From positions 35,858 through 99,857 of the forward strand of contig CAVIUM010000001.1 in assembly GCA_963645865.1 (NCBI GenBank): a DNA stretch of 64,000 bases. Reading direction: 5' to 3'. The first letter of the stretch is position 1, and every line of letters begins with the position of its first letter. Shown piece after piece: positions 1 to 11,101 of the stretch. This DNA comes from Lachnospiraceae bacterium. Lineage in GTDB: Archaea > Thermoplasmatota > Thermoplasmata > Methanomassiliicoccales > Methanomethylophilaceae. The position numbers were made by a program, and so were the translations under genes. The notes under the pieces were generated by a model. It had not been told where the DNA came from. It did no database searches and was given only the letters and a program-made list of their open reading frames with translations.

Positions 1-356
1 TTTATGGCGAGCCTCTCCGGAGGGATGTACACGGCGTCGCAGATGGACGCCATCTCGCCGGGGGTGAGCGGGGTCTCCAGCTCGCTCTTCTGCATCTGCA
101 CGAGCAGGTTCCCGGGATAGTTCTGGATGATGAGGTTGCTGCCGTCGTCGAAGCCGATGTCCATCCTGTCGAAGACGGTGTCCTCGAGGTAGGAGACGTC
201 CCCGTGCAGCGCGGAGTAGATCATCCTCATGACTGTGCTCTTGCCCAGTCCGTTCGGCGAATGGATGAACGTGAGGGGCTGACAGAGCTCCACCTCGTAA
301 TCGAACTCGTTGAACAGCCCGGATACGCGGAACGACTTGATCTTCATGGTCGGCAT
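1..356 (-). CDS. AAA/ABC-type ATPase, N-terminal part (runs off the window start)
   Basis: Not in the ORF track. Read by hand as MPTMKIKSFRVSGLFNEFDYEVELCQPLTFIHSPNGLGKST; Walker A SPNGLGKS in the typical AAA_21/SMC-like N-terminal context. Confidence 0.75.
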   Translation of the reverse strand, partial: MPTMKIKSFRVSGLFNEFDYEVELCQPLTFIHSPNGLGKSTVMRMIYSALHGDVSYLEDTVFDRMDIGFDDGSNLIIQNYPGNLLVQMQKSELETPLTPGEMASICDAVYIPPERLAI

Positions 357-436
357 CCAGATGCAGATATCCCTATAAAAACTGGCCAATCTCGCATCCA
401 TCCTGTTTTTAAGCCCGATGCGTCATCGGGTGGACG

Positions 437-1270
437 ATGGACGCGGACGCCGCTTTCGATGAGATACGCACGATGATTTCAGAGGGCAGGGGACTCGAGG
501 CTGTAGGCAAGGTCAGGGAGCTGGCCAAGGCCGACAACGACCCCATCACGAGGATCAAATGCCTCTCTCTGCTGAAGGTCATCGAGGACGACGGCGCCTC
601 GCAGGAGATCGTGAGGGACCTCATGGCCGAACTGCCCGAGGATCCCCAGATGCTCATCCAGATAGCCGGTTCCCTCAGGGGACTCGACTTCCCGTCCAGC
701 GCGTACACGATCCTGAAGGGATTGGAGCCCTCGGATTCCGTCATCAGGCTCAGATGCATGTGCCTGGAGGACCTCGAGGAGTACGAGATGGCCCTGGAGG
801 CCATCAGTTCCATCCCGTCCCCCACGCCTTTCGACCGCGTGATGCTCTGCGAGGTGCTCAGCGCCCTGGGTGAGCATTCGAAGTCGGTCGCCGAGGCCGA
901 GAAGCTCCTCTCCGAGATGCCGGACGACTTCGACGTACGTCGCGCCTACGTCTCCGCGCTCATGCTCGCCGGGAGGAACAAGGACGTCGGCAAGTACGTC
1001 CGCGGCGTCCTCAAGGAGAAGACCGCACAGGCGAACGCCCTCGCCGCGTACGCCATGAGGATCAACGGCAATGCCAAGGCGGCCGCGGGCTATGCCACCC
1101 GCGCCCTGAACCTCGATTCGAAGAACGTCAGCGCCATGGAGACGCTGGGGATCTGCCTCGCCATGAAGGGCGAATACGACAAGGCCCGCATCGTCGCCGG
1201 TGCCATCAACGAGGCCTCCCCCGGAAGCCGCGCAGCCCTGAACGTCCTCTCCTACTGCGAAGGCCACTGA
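437..1270 (+). CDS. Tetratricopeptide-repeat protein
   Basis: 277 aa helical Ala-rich ORF with TPR-like segments (YATRALNLDSKNVSAMETLGICLAMKGEYDKA); host-like codon usage. Confidence 0.75.
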   Translation: MDADAAFDEIRTMISEGRGLEAVGKVRELAKADNDPITRIKCLSLLKVIEDDGASQEIVRDLMAELPEDPQMLIQIAGSLRGLDFPSSAYTILKGLEPSDSVIRLRCMCLEDLEEYEMALEAISSIPSPTPFDRVMLCEVLSALGEHSKSVAEAEKLLSEMPDDFDVRRAYVSALMLAGRNKDVGKYVRGVLKEKTAQANALAAYAMRINGNAKAAAGYATRALNLDSKNVSAMETLGICLAMKGEYDKARIVAGAINEASPGSRAALNVLSYCEGH

Positions 1271-1692
1271 TTCATCAATCCGGACAACCCGATTTCGCGA
1301 ATCATGCGATCTCGTGAAACCACTTCCCTTCTCCCGCCACTTCTTCGACCGATCCTCCGTGCACAACATCCGCATATGCATTCGAGCCTCTACGCGTATC
1401 ACCGCTCCCGATTTTTCTTGGAAGGAAAATACTGTCCGATAGGCATAGCCAGACTTCCTTGATTTTTCGGAAGCTGAGTCCATTGGACAGAAAGTTAGAA
1501 ATACGGATTCCCAGCCCCGGACCGATCCGGAGAATTCATAAAATCGTTGGAAAACTGGCTCGATAACGGCGTTTATACACCTCGTGAGATCTTTGTCGTC
1601 CGTGAATGCGGTCCATTCCGTACCCTTCCCTCGGAATCAGCAAAACCGTCCTATGGACCGGATTCCTGCGTTCGTGTCCATCGACGGCTCGA

Positions 1693-3210
1693 TCAGACAC
1701 GTCCGAAGGTCCTGCTCTTGTGGTTGGCGCGGCTGTTGAGCAGCACATCCTTCCAGAAACCGGGCGTGAAGAGCACGATCGCCGTGATGACCTCCAGACG
1801 GCCGACCCACATCAGGAAGATCAGGATGGCCTTCAGAGAGGTATCCAACCCGGCGAAATTGCCCGTCGGTCCGAAGTTCCCGAAACCCATACCTCCGTTG
1901 GAGACGACGGATATGGACAGTCCGAACGAATCCACCATGTCGAAGCCGTAGATCATGAAGATGACCGCTCCGATCAGAAGGGTCAACCCGAACAGCATGA
2001 AGACCAATATCGTGCTCTGGATGGAGGCATCGTCGACGACCTTCCCGTCTATCTTCACGGAGTAGACAGCGTTCGTATGGAGGGTGCTGTTGAACCCGTT
2101 CTTGATGTATTTGAAGATGATCAGCAGCCTGCTGAACTTGATGCCTCCGCTGGTGGAGCTGGAAGATGCCCCGATCAGGGCGACGAACATCAGCAGGATC
2201 ATGCATTGGGACGGCCAGAGGGTGAAATCCTCGGTGTAATACCCCGTGGTGGTCCCGAGGGAAATGGTGGTGAACACCGCCCCCTTGAACTTCTCGTAAA
2301 CGGAGCCGAATGTCAGGGCCTCGTTCTCGGAGATGACCAGGAGCAGGGTGACGAGGGCCGAGATCAGGATGAACCACACGATCATCATCCTGAACTCCGA
2401 ATTCCCGCTGTAGACCTTCTTCTCCTTCAGATAGAGGGACCTGTAGTGCAGGTAGAAATTGGTCCCTCCCAGGAGCATGAACACGGCCGTGATCCACTGG
2501 ACGATGTCGGGGTAGGCGGCCAGATTGTCGTTGATGAACATCAGTCCGCCGGTGGAGATGGTGGTGAACATGAGGCTGAGGGCCTCGAGCAGCTCCAGTC
2601 CGCACAGCAGGAGCAGTCCGAAGTTGATGATGCTCAGCACGAGGTAGATGATGATGAACGATCTCGCGGCCTCCGTCGTCTTCTGGGTGTACTCCGAGGA
2701 CGTGGCGCCGGACAGCTCGTTCTGGAACATGCCCCTGAAACCGATCATCGACATGAAGTAGAGGAATATCAGAACGACCACGATACCCCCGATCCACTGG
2801 GTCATGGATCTCCAGACAAGCAGGCTGACCGAGTATCTCGTCAGGTCCCCCATGATCGTGAGGCCGGTGGTGGTGATCCCGCTGACCGATTCGAATACGG
2901 CATCTATGGGGGAGAGTCCGGAAAGGATGTAGGGGAAGGTCCCGATCGCGAACATCAGGAGCCAGACCATGGCCATGAGCAGGATGCCGTTCACGGTCCG
3001 GAATCTCTTGGAATCCTCGCATGTGAGGTATTGGAACATCCCGATGGCGAAGAGAGGGGGGATGAGGACCAGGAACGGCATGGGATTCTCGCCGTATGCG
3101 TAGGCTATCCCCACGGGGAGCAGGAGGAGGACGGCGAAAAGAGCCTCCACCATCCCCAGGATCTTGGCCGTGGTGCTGTTCCAGCGGATGCACCTCTCGC
3201 GGAACCTCAT
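1693..3210 (-). CDS. trkH: Trk potassium uptake membrane protein TrkH
   Basis: Motifs FESVSGITTTG, STGG, GGTNF, SSTSGGIK and MWVGRLE. Start placed at the ATG of MRFRERC, immediately after the trkA stop. Confidence 0.93.
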   Translation of the reverse strand: MRFRERCIRWNSTTAKILGMVEALFAVLLLLPVGIAYAYGENPMPFLVLIPPLFAIGMFQYLTCEDSKRFRTVNGILLMAMVWLLMFAIGTFPYILSGLSPIDAVFESVSGITTTGLTIMGDLTRYSVSLLVWRSMTQWIGGIVVVLIFLYFMSMIGFRGMFQNELSGATSSEYTQKTTEAARSFIIIYLVLSIINFGLLLLCGLELLEALSLMFTTISTGGLMFINDNLAAYPDIVQWITAVFMLLGGTNFYLHYRSLYLKEKKVYSGNSEFRMMIVWFILISALVTLLLVISENEALTFGSVYEKFKGAVFTTISLGTTTGYYTEDFTLWPSQCMILLMFVALIGASSSSTSGGIKFSRLLIIFKYIKNGFNSTLHTNAVYSVKIDGKVVDDASIQSTILVFMLFGLTLLIGAVIFMIYGFDMVDSFGLSISVVSNGGMGFGNFGPTGNFAGLDTSLKAILIFLMWVGRLEVITAIVLFTPGFWKDVLLNSRANHKSRTFGRV

Positions 3211-3212
3211 GC

Positions 3213-4565
3213 TCACATCTCCGGCAGGGACCGTTTCCCAAGGACCTTGATGATCTCGGATTCCCTCTTCCCGTTGGAGAACACAACGGCGGAATCGCCC
3301 TCCAGGAGCTTCGTGTCCAGGAGAGGGTATATGATGGAGTCCCCGCGGCGTATCGCGACGATCCGCAATCCCTCGGGCATGTTCAGGTCCCCGACGAAGC
3401 GGCCCTCGAGCTTCGACGATCCGTCGATGACGTGCGTGAAGAACAGCCCGTCGGTGAACTGCATCCGGGCTATGGTGGCCTTCTCCGGAAGGACGCATTT
3501 GATGATCTCGTTGGAGATTATCCTGTCGCAGCCGATTATGGTCAGCAGATCCGCGTACCTGAAGATGTCCTCGTATTCCCTCATGAAGTATCTGGCTATG
3601 ACCTTCCGGGCATTGTGCCTCTTCGCGGACATGCACACGAGGAGATTGGTCCCGTCGCGGCTCGAGGTGGAGACGGTGGCGTCGGATTTGAACAGGTTCT
3701 CTTCGAACTGCACGTCGGGGTCCGTGTAATCGGAATTGATGACCGACACCCCGGACAGTTCCCTGGTGAGGGTCCTGCACTGTTCGGGGTTCTTGTCGAC
3801 GATCTTGACGTAACGTTTCTGGGGGTCCTCCGTGAGCATCTTGGCCAGATTCATGCCGACGACGGAGCCGCCGAGGATGCAGAACTCACGGCTGACGTGA
3901 TCCACCCCGACCAGGTCGTTGAACTCCTCCACTGCCCGGTCGCTGCCGAAAACGCACAGGAAGTCCCCGCTGTGGATCTCCATGGTCTCCGGGGAGGTGT
4001 ACATCTCGCCGTCGCGATAGATCGCGAACACCGTGCAATCCCGGGCCATAGGCAGCTGCATCACCACGCGTCCGCGGATCTGATGGTGGGGTTCGACCTT
4101 GAACACCGCGATGCAGGCGCCCATCTCATCGACGGCGTCGTATTCGATGGCGTTCTCCAGGACGCAGAGCTTGTACATCTTCCTGGCCGTGACGAGGTCG
4201 GGGGAGACGATGTGGTCCACGCCGTCCATGCCAGATGCGTTGGATTCCGCGACGAAGTCGGGACCGTCGACGGTGGCCACGGTCTTGATCCCGGGCTTGA
4301 TCCTTTTGGCCATCATGCAGACGAACAGGCTGTCAGAATCGGCGGGGAGCGATGCCAGGATCACATCGGCCCCGTGGCTCTCGATGGCGTATCTGAGAAC
4401 GCGGGGGTTGGTCCCATCCTCCCTCAGGACGGCGACGTTCAGACGGCTCTTCAGGCTCTCGGCGACGTCCTCGTCCTTCTCGATGACCAGCACGTCATGG
4501 TCCTCGGAGATGGTCTCGGCGGAGACGAATCCCACATCCCCCGCCCCGACGATGATGACCTTCAT
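3213..4565 (-). CDS. trkA: Trk potassium uptake NAD-binding subunit TrkA
   Basis: MKVIIVGAGDVG Rossmann start; two RCK_N/RCK_C units; adjacent to trkH. Confidence 0.93.
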   Translation of the reverse strand: MKVIIVGAGDVGFVSAETISEDHDVLVIEKDEDVAESLKSRLNVAVLREDGTNPRVLRYAIESHGADVILASLPADSDSLFVCMMAKRIKPGIKTVATVDGPDFVAESNASGMDGVDHIVSPDLVTARKMYKLCVLENAIEYDAVDEMGACIAVFKVEPHHQIRGRVVMQLPMARDCTVFAIYRDGEMYTSPETMEIHSGDFLCVFGSDRAVEEFNDLVGVDHVSREFCILGGSVVGMNLAKMLTEDPQKRYVKIVDKNPEQCRTLTRELSGVSVINSDYTDPDVQFEENLFKSDATVSTSSRDGTNLLVCMSAKRHNARKVIARYFMREYEDIFRYADLLTIIGCDRIISNEIIKCVLPEKATIARMQFTDGLFFTHVIDGSSKLEGRFVGDLNMPEGLRIVAIRRGDSIIYPLLDTKLLEGDSAVVFSNGKRESEIIKVLGKRSLPEM

Positions 4566-4689
4566 GATGGACACGGCGACGGAGGTTACCCATATATGAC
4601 TATGGGTGGTCGCAGACGAGTTGTTACGCGCGCCATGCACGCGTATGTCCCCGAATCGTATATATCGGGCGAAACGGTAGAGGAGGACC

Positions 4690-5946
4690 ATGTGGCAGCA
4701 AGTCAACGAGGACTTCTGGAAAGAGAACCGCGAGTCCAAGGTCGGACAGGTCGAGGACACCGTTCGCGAGATAGTCGAGAACGTCCGTGAGAACGGGGAC
4801 AAGGCCCTGAGGGAACTGGCGAAGAAGTTCGACAAGGTCGATCTGAAGGACATCGCCGTCTCCCGCGACGAGATCGAGGAGGCCTATGAGAAAGTGAGCC
4901 CCGAACTCGTCGAGGAGCTCGAGAACGCCGCGTACAACATCCAGAGATTCCACGAGATGCAGATGCCGGCCGGCATGTGGCTCAGGGAGGTGGAGCCCGG
5001 GATCACCCTCGGAGTGAAATCCACACCCCTCGAGAGGGTCGGATGCTACATCCCCGGAGGCAGGGCCTCCTATCCCAGCACGGTCCTGATGACCGCCATC
5101 CCCGCGAAGGTCGCGGGTGTCGACGAGGTCATCATGTGCACCCCCGCCCCGATCAACCCGCTGACCCTCGTCGCGGCGGACATCGCCGGCGTGGACGAGA
5201 TCTACAAGTCCGGAGGCGCCCAGGCCGTGGCGGCGATGGCGCTCGGAACGGAGAGCATCGAGCCCGTCCAGAAGATCGTCGGACCCGGCAACGTGTTCGT
5301 CACCGGAGCCAAGATGATGCTCCGCAACAAGGTCGACATCGACTTCCCCGCGGGACCCTCCGAGGTCGGAGTGCTCGCCGACGGTGATGCGGATGTGGAT
5401 TTCGTCGCCGCCGACCTGGTCGCGCAGGCCGAGCACGACCCCTCGTCGGCATGCCTGCTGGTCACCGACGACCCCGACCTCCCCGACAAGGTCTGGAAGG
5501 TCATGGAGAAGATCATCGCCGAGACCCCCCGCAGGGAGATCATCGAGAAGGCCATGAACAACTCCGGATACATCGTGGCGGAGGACATCGACCTCGCCGT
5601 CGAGATCATGAACGGCATCGCCCCCGAGCACCTGTCGATCCAGGTCCGCGACCCCCTCGACATTCTGGGGAAGGTGAGGAACGCCGGCTCCATCTTCGTC
5701 GGACCCTACACCCCGGTCGCCGCAGGGGACTACGCATCCGGAACCAACCACGTGCTCCCCACCTCGGGACACGCCGCGACCTGCTCCGGTCTGAACGTCT
5801 CCCACTTCATGAAGACGTCCACCGTTCAGATCCTGTCCAAGGAGGGCCTGGCGGCCATCGCGCCGACCATCGAGGCCCTGGCCGAAGCGGAGGGGCTCTA
5901 CGCCCACCGCGATTCCGTCAAAGTCAGGAAGCTGGAGGACGATTGA
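4690..5946 (+). CDS. hisD: Histidinol dehydrogenase
   Basis: Motifs GCYIPGG, GGAQAVAA, KIVGPGN, PAGPSEV, AQAEHD, APEHL and GDYASGTNHVLPT; GGAGG RBS upstream. Confidence 0.97.
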   Translation: MWQQVNEDFWKENRESKVGQVEDTVREIVENVRENGDKALRELAKKFDKVDLKDIAVSRDEIEEAYEKVSPELVEELENAAYNIQRFHEMQMPAGMWLREVEPGITLGVKSTPLERVGCYIPGGRASYPSTVLMTAIPAKVAGVDEVIMCTPAPINPLTLVAADIAGVDEIYKSGGAQAVAAMALGTESIEPVQKIVGPGNVFVTGAKMMLRNKVDIDFPAGPSEVGVLADGDADVDFVAADLVAQAEHDPSSACLLVTDDPDLPDKVWKVMEKIIAETPRREIIEKAMNNSGYIVAEDIDLAVEIMNGIAPEHLSIQVRDPLDILGKVRNAGSIFVGPYTPVAAGDYASGTNHVLPTSGHAATCSGLNVSHFMKTSTVQILSKEGLAAIAPTIEALAEAEGLYAHRDSVKVRKLEDD

Positions 5947-8043
5947 ATGGCCTCCCGCCGCGGCAACGGGGGAGGGGCCGCGGCGCCCGCCGAGGCCCCC
6001 GACCTCTACGATTCGAAGTACTACATCAACAGGGAGCTGTCCTGGCTGGAGTTTAACAGGCGCTGCCTGGAGGAGGCCGAGGACACCACCAACCCCCTCC
6101 TTGAGAGGGTCAAGTTCCTGGCGATCTGCTACGGGAACATGGACGAGTTCTACATGATCCGCGTCCCCGGGCTGATCTCCAAGACCCCCATACCGGGTCC
6201 GGATTACGCCTCCACGAACTACGCCACCCTGATGCATCAGATCTCGGACACCGTCCAGGACCTGATCGTGCACTACAACGCGTGCTGGTCCTCCCTCCTG
6301 GCGGATCTCGGTGCCGTGGGCATCCGCATCAGCAAGGTCAACGACCTCAGCCCGGACCAGCAGGCCTGGGTCGCCAACTTCTACAGGCAGAGGGTGCACC
6401 CGCTGCTGACGCCGTTGGCGTTGGATGTCAGCCATCCCTTCCCGTTCATCTCCAACAACTCGCTGAACATCGCCGTCAGGATGTACGACAGCAACCGCGA
6501 GCAGCTCTACGCCAGGGTCAAGGTCCCCGTGGGCATCATACCCCGCTTCGTGCAGGTCCCCTCGACCAGCGGCGAGCAGTACGTCATGCTGGAGGACATC
6601 CTGGAGAACCACGTGTCCTCCCTGTTCCCGGGATTGGACGTCGTCGGGGCGTACACCTTCAGGGTCACGAGGAACGCCGACGTCAAGGTGACGATCGACG
6701 AGGCCTGCGACTTCATGACCGCCGTGGAGGAGTCCCTGGAGGACAGGGATGTCGGATTCCCGGTCAGGATGACCGTCGAGAGGTCCATGCCCACCGACAT
6801 GGTCAAGCTGTTCGCCAGGAACCTCAAGCTGTCCGACCTCCAGGTCCACAGGACCGACGCCATCAGCCTCGGGGACCTCTGGCAGCTGGTCTCCCTCGAC
6901 AGGCCGAAGCTCAAGGAGAAGCCCTTCGAGCCCTACATGCCCCCGGAACTCGCCGAGGGCATGGACATGTTCGAAGCGATCAAGCAGAGGGATTGGATCC
7001 TGTACCATCCCTACGAGTCCTTCTCGGCCATCGTCCGTCTGGTCAACGAATCCGCGGAGGATCCCAACGTACAGAGCATCAAGATCTGCCTGTACAGGAT
7101 CGGACGCGACCCGTCCCTGATCAAGGCGCTCATGAGGGCCAAGGAGAACGGGAAGACCGTGTCGGTCCTGATGGAGCTCCGCGCCAAGTTCGACGAGAGT
7201 AACAACATCCTCTGGGCCAGGGAGATGGAGAAGATCGGCGTGCACGTGGTATACGGGCCGGTCAATCTCAAGGTGCATTCCAAGCTGCTCCAGATCGTCC
7301 GTCTGGAGGGCGACCGCCTCATTCGCTACACGCACATGAGCTCCGGCAACTACAACACGTCGTCCGCGAAGCAGTACGGGGACATCTCGTTCCTCACCGC
7401 GAATCCCGAGATAGGGGAGGACGTGGGGGAGCTGTTCAACGCCCTGACCGGATATTACGGGCCCAGGATGTACTCGCGCCTGCTCGTGGCCCCGTTCACG
7501 CTCAAGAGCACCCTCATCATGAAGATCGAGAGGGAGATCGAGGTCTGCAGGACCACCGGCCGCGGATACATAGCGATGAAGGCCAACGGTCTCATCGATT
7601 CGGACATCATCGCCACCCTTTACAAGGCGTCCATCGCCGGCGTCAGGATCGATCTGAACATACGCGGCCTCTGCTGCCTCCGTCCCGGCGTGCCCGGAAT
7701 CTCCGAGAACATCAGGGTCACCAGCGTCGTCGACCGCTTCCTCGAGCATTCCAGGATATACTACTTCGAGAACGGCGGCAAGCCGGAGATGTACATGGGA
7801 TCGTCCGATATGATGCCCAGGAACCTCCTGGCCAGGGTGGAGGTGCTGTTCCCAGTCCTGGATCCCACGATGCTCGAGCTCATCCGCGACAGGATTCTGA
7901 GGGTCCATCTGGACGATAACGTGAAAGCTAGGGTGCTGCAGCCGGACGGCTCCTACGTGCGCGCCACGAGGCATCCCGGCGAGAAGAAGCTCAGGTCCCA
8001 GAAGTGGCTGATCGACAACAGGGGATGCTGGCATGAGCCCTGA
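5947..8043 (+). CDS. ppk1: Polyphosphate kinase 1
   Basis: Motifs NRELSWLEFN, HPFP, YHPYESF, ELRAKFDE, LKVHSK, SGNYN, RFLEHSRIYYF and SSDMMPRN. Confidence 0.96.
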   Translation: MASRRGNGGGAAAPAEAPDLYDSKYYINRELSWLEFNRRCLEEAEDTTNPLLERVKFLAICYGNMDEFYMIRVPGLISKTPIPGPDYASTNYATLMHQISDTVQDLIVHYNACWSSLLADLGAVGIRISKVNDLSPDQQAWVANFYRQRVHPLLTPLALDVSHPFPFISNNSLNIAVRMYDSNREQLYARVKVPVGIIPRFVQVPSTSGEQYVMLEDILENHVSSLFPGLDVVGAYTFRVTRNADVKVTIDEACDFMTAVEESLEDRDVGFPVRMTVERSMPTDMVKLFARNLKLSDLQVHRTDAISLGDLWQLVSLDRPKLKEKPFEPYMPPELAEGMDMFEAIKQRDWILYHPYESFSAIVRLVNESAEDPNVQSIKICLYRIGRDPSLIKALMRAKENGKTVSVLMELRAKFDESNNILWAREMEKIGVHVVYGPVNLKVHSKLLQIVRLEGDRLIRYTHMSSGNYNTSSAKQYGDISFLTANPEIGEDVGELFNALTGYYGPRMYSRLLVAPFTLKSTLIMKIEREIEVCRTTGRGYIAMKANGLIDSDIIATLYKASIAGVRIDLNIRGLCCLRPGVPGISENIRVTSVVDRFLEHSRIYYFENGGKPEMYMGSSDMMPRNLLARVEVLFPVLDPTMLELIRDRILRVHLDDNVKARVLQPDGSYVRATRHPGEKKLRSQKWLIDNRGCWHEP

Positions 8044-9610
8044 CCCCGAGACCGAGACCGTCGGTTTCATCGATGTCGGCACCAACTCGATCCATCTGCT
8101 GGTCGTCAGGTTCTATCCCGGCACCTCCGGGACGCCGATCTACCAGGACAAGGAATCCGTCCGTCTGGGGAAGAGCCTGTACAGCGAAGGCCTCATCGAC
8201 CCCCCGTCGATCGCGAAGGCCTCGCTGGTCATCAAGAGGTTCGCCGAGATCTCCAGGGGGCTGGGCGCCAAGGACGTCATCGCGCTGGCGACATGCGCCG
8301 CCAGGGAGGCGTCCAACAGGCAGGAGCTCATAGACGCCGTCTCCGACGACGTGCAGATGAAGGTCATCCCCGGCGCCGAGGAGGCCAGGCTCATCGCGCT
8401 GGGCGTCTTCGGGGACAAGGGCCCCGATACCCGCACCGTCGAGCTGGACATCGGAGGCGGGAGCACGGAGGTCATCGTCCGCGACAGGGGCGAGGACGTG
8501 TTCCTGGACAGCCTCAGCATGGGCGCGGTCAGATACAACTACTCGCTGGGGATCGACTTCTCCCAGCCCGTATCCCAGTCGGATTACTCCCACATCCTCC
8601 GCACCGTGGACATCTCCTCGTACCACGCGGTCAACAGGGTGAGGTCGTCGGGATTCAGGAGGGCGGTCGGATCCTCCGGGACGCTCATCTCCCTCGCGGA
8701 GCTGTGCGCCGCCAGACGCGGGGACGGGGACGATTCCCGTTTCACCCTAAGGGAGCTGCAGGAGCTGATGACGCATCTCTGCTCCATGGACATCCAGCAC
8801 CGCCTCTCGGTGCCCGGCATGGGCAAGAACCGCGCGGACATCATCATCCCCGGGGGAGCGATCGCCGAGGAGCTGATGTCGCAGTTCGGGATATCCGAGA
8901 TCGAGATCAGCCGCAACGGCCTGAAGCAGGGCATGATGTACGACAGGATGCTGTCCCGCGGAGGCATCGTCTCGGATGCCCGCATCTCGTCGGTCCGCGC
9001 ATTGGCCCACCGCTGCCAGTACGACAGGAAGCACGCGGAGACGGTGGAGAGGAACGCCATGTCCCTCTTCGACCAGACCGAGGCGCTAGGATTGCACCAT
9101 CTGGATGCCGATTGGCGCAGCCTGCTGTCCTGCTCGTGCATCCTCCACGACATCGGCGAGCTCGTGAGCTACACGAACCACAACGTCCTGTCGCAGATGA
9201 TGATCGAGAACGCCGATCTCCAGGGATTCACCTGTCCAGAGATCCATGCGATGGGGCTGATCGTCAGGAGCCACCACAAGAAGTTCCCGGGAGCGAAGGA
9301 TCAGAGGTTCGAGGGTCTGGACCGTCCCACCATAGATTCCATCAGGACATGCGCGGTCCTGCTGAAGATGGCCGACGTCCTCGACAGGCACCGCAACGGG
9401 GCCGTCCGCAGCGTCAGGCTGTCCCTGACGGACGAGGGGGTTCATCTCAAGGTCTCGGCCGACTCCGACCCGAGCATGGAGATGTGGAGCCTCGAGAAGA
9501 TGCGTCCGGAGTTCCGGAAGGTCTTCGGCGTCGATCTCCTGCCGGAGGCCGGCGAGCCTCCGAAGGGCGGGTACCCCGCCGACGCCGTTCCCAGAAGTAG
9601 AAAACCATAA
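8033..9610 (+). CDS. ppx: Exopolyphosphatase (Ppx/GppA family with HD domain)
   Basis: Motifs IDVGTNSIHL, ATCAAREASN, EEARL, DIGGGSTE and C-terminal LHDIG; overlaps the ppk1 stop. Confidence 0.94.
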   Translation: MSPDPETETVGFIDVGTNSIHLLVVRFYPGTSGTPIYQDKESVRLGKSLYSEGLIDPPSIAKASLVIKRFAEISRGLGAKDVIALATCAAREASNRQELIDAVSDDVQMKVIPGAEEARLIALGVFGDKGPDTRTVELDIGGGSTEVIVRDRGEDVFLDSLSMGAVRYNYSLGIDFSQPVSQSDYSHILRTVDISSYHAVNRVRSSGFRRAVGSSGTLISLAELCAARRGDGDDSRFTLRELQELMTHLCSMDIQHRLSVPGMGKNRADIIIPGGAIAEELMSQFGISEIEISRNGLKQGMMYDRMLSRGGIVSDARISSVRALAHRCQYDRKHAETVERNAMSLFDQTEALGLHHLDADWRSLLSCSCILHDIGELVSYTNHNVLSQMMIENADLQGFTCPEIHAMGLIVRSHHKKFPGAKDQRFEGLDRPTIDSIRTCAVLLKMADVLDRHRNGAVRSVRLSLTDEGVHLKVSADSDPSMEMWSLEKMRPEFRKVFGVDLLPEAGEPPKGGYPADAVPRSRKP

Positions 9611-9816
9611 TCCTATTATCACAATAGGATTAATATTCCGCATTCTCCGGGCATGTTTTTGCTAATTTTAACGCTGTTTACAAAAAATAGACGAAAAATC
9701 ATTTAAACAGCAGGGCGATTCACACGCAAAGCGGAAACCGGTCCCCTTGCTCGGGAGAGATCCCAAACTGGCTTCCGCTTCACCTTATATTCAACTAGAT
9801 CGGCACAGGGATTCAG

Positions 9817-11094
9817 ATGGTGACGGCCACGAGGTTCTTCGAACAATCCGCCGAGTTGAACGGCGGCATCGTGAAGAACGGCCTGTGCTCCATATGCAAG
9901 GGCGCCCACCGCCTGTGCGGGAAGGACCGCTGCCCCCTGATGGTCAAATTCTATTCGCAACAGAAGTCGCGCCCGCTCATCGACGCCACCGAGCTGGCGG
10001 GGTCCAGTCCCCCCGCGGTCTTCGTCGGCAGGTACGGGTATCCCAAGGTGGACATCGGACCGCTCCTGCCGCCGGAGTTCGGGGACACCTCCCTCATGGG
10101 CACCCCGGAGAGATGGGTCGGGAGGTCCATCGACGAGATCGTCGACTTCAGATTCAGGCTGGTCCGCGGGAAGTTCAGGATCGACGCCACCGACTTCAGG
10201 AAGAGCGGGAAGATCGTGGACGGGGTGCAGGAGCTGGCGCTGTCGGAGCGTCCCGTGGATACCGAGGCATCCTTCACCCAGAAGCCCAAGGGACGCGTCG
10301 TGTTGGACGATGACATCGAGCCCTTCGGTCCGTCCGCGAGGATGGAGAAGATGTCCACGGGCAACAGCAGGTTCGAGAGGAACCTGGAGAAGAGCTTCTA
10401 CGACACCGACATGAAGGCGACCGACGCCGTCGTCTCCGCCTACAGGAACGGCACCCTGATCTCCGAGATCCAGAAGGCGTTCTCCGTCGGCACCATGGGG
10501 ATGGGGAGGAACCGTCGCTTCGTCCCCACGAGATGGAGCATCACCGCCGTGGACGACATCATCGGGAAGGACCTGCTGAAGACCACCAAGTGGAACCCCA
10601 CTATCGACGATTTCCGCCTCTACCAATGGACGGAGCTGGACAACAGGTGGGCGATCCTGCTGATGCCCTGCACCTGGAGGTTCGAGCTCATCGAGGCGTG
10701 GTATCCGAACACCACCTGGAACCCATCGGGCAGGACGATAGACATCATCCACGACAGCGAGTTCTTCGACGGCAGGACCGAGTACGCCCACATCGGGGGA
10801 TGCTACTACGCCTCCAGGATGGCGGTGAACGAGCTCCTGATCGAGGAGGGGAGGACCGCGGGAGCGGTAATAATGCGCGAGGCCCATCCCGGGTACATCA
10901 TGCCCGTCGGCGTATGGAACGTCAGGGAGAACGTCCGTGCGGCACTGAAGACGGAACCGACCCACTACGAGACCCTGGATGCCGCATTGGACCGGGTGGA
11001 GAAGATGATGGACATCCGCAGGGACGGATGGATCGCCAATTCCGACGTCATGCGGGATTGGCTCGTTCAGAGGAGGATCGAGGACTATTACCGA
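9817..11094 (+). CDS. nreA: Nre family archaeal DNA repair protein (CGA-terminated)
   Basis: N-terminal CxxCKG..LCG..RCP, GSSPP.VFVGRYGYPKV, PTRWSITAVD, GGCYYA and PVGVWNVRE. C-terminal PIP-like QRRIEDYY is followed directly by CGA 11092-11094; the standard-code ORF continues to 11694. Confidence 0.92.
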
Positions 11095-11101
11095 CACGAC
11101 A

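Noticed and set aside
4624..8085. 1153 aa minus-strand ORF and similar long antisense ORFs (e.g. 1606-3729, 47263-49884, 34155-35771)
   Set aside because: Shadow ORFs opposite well-supported genes, expected with high GC3; no protein motifs.
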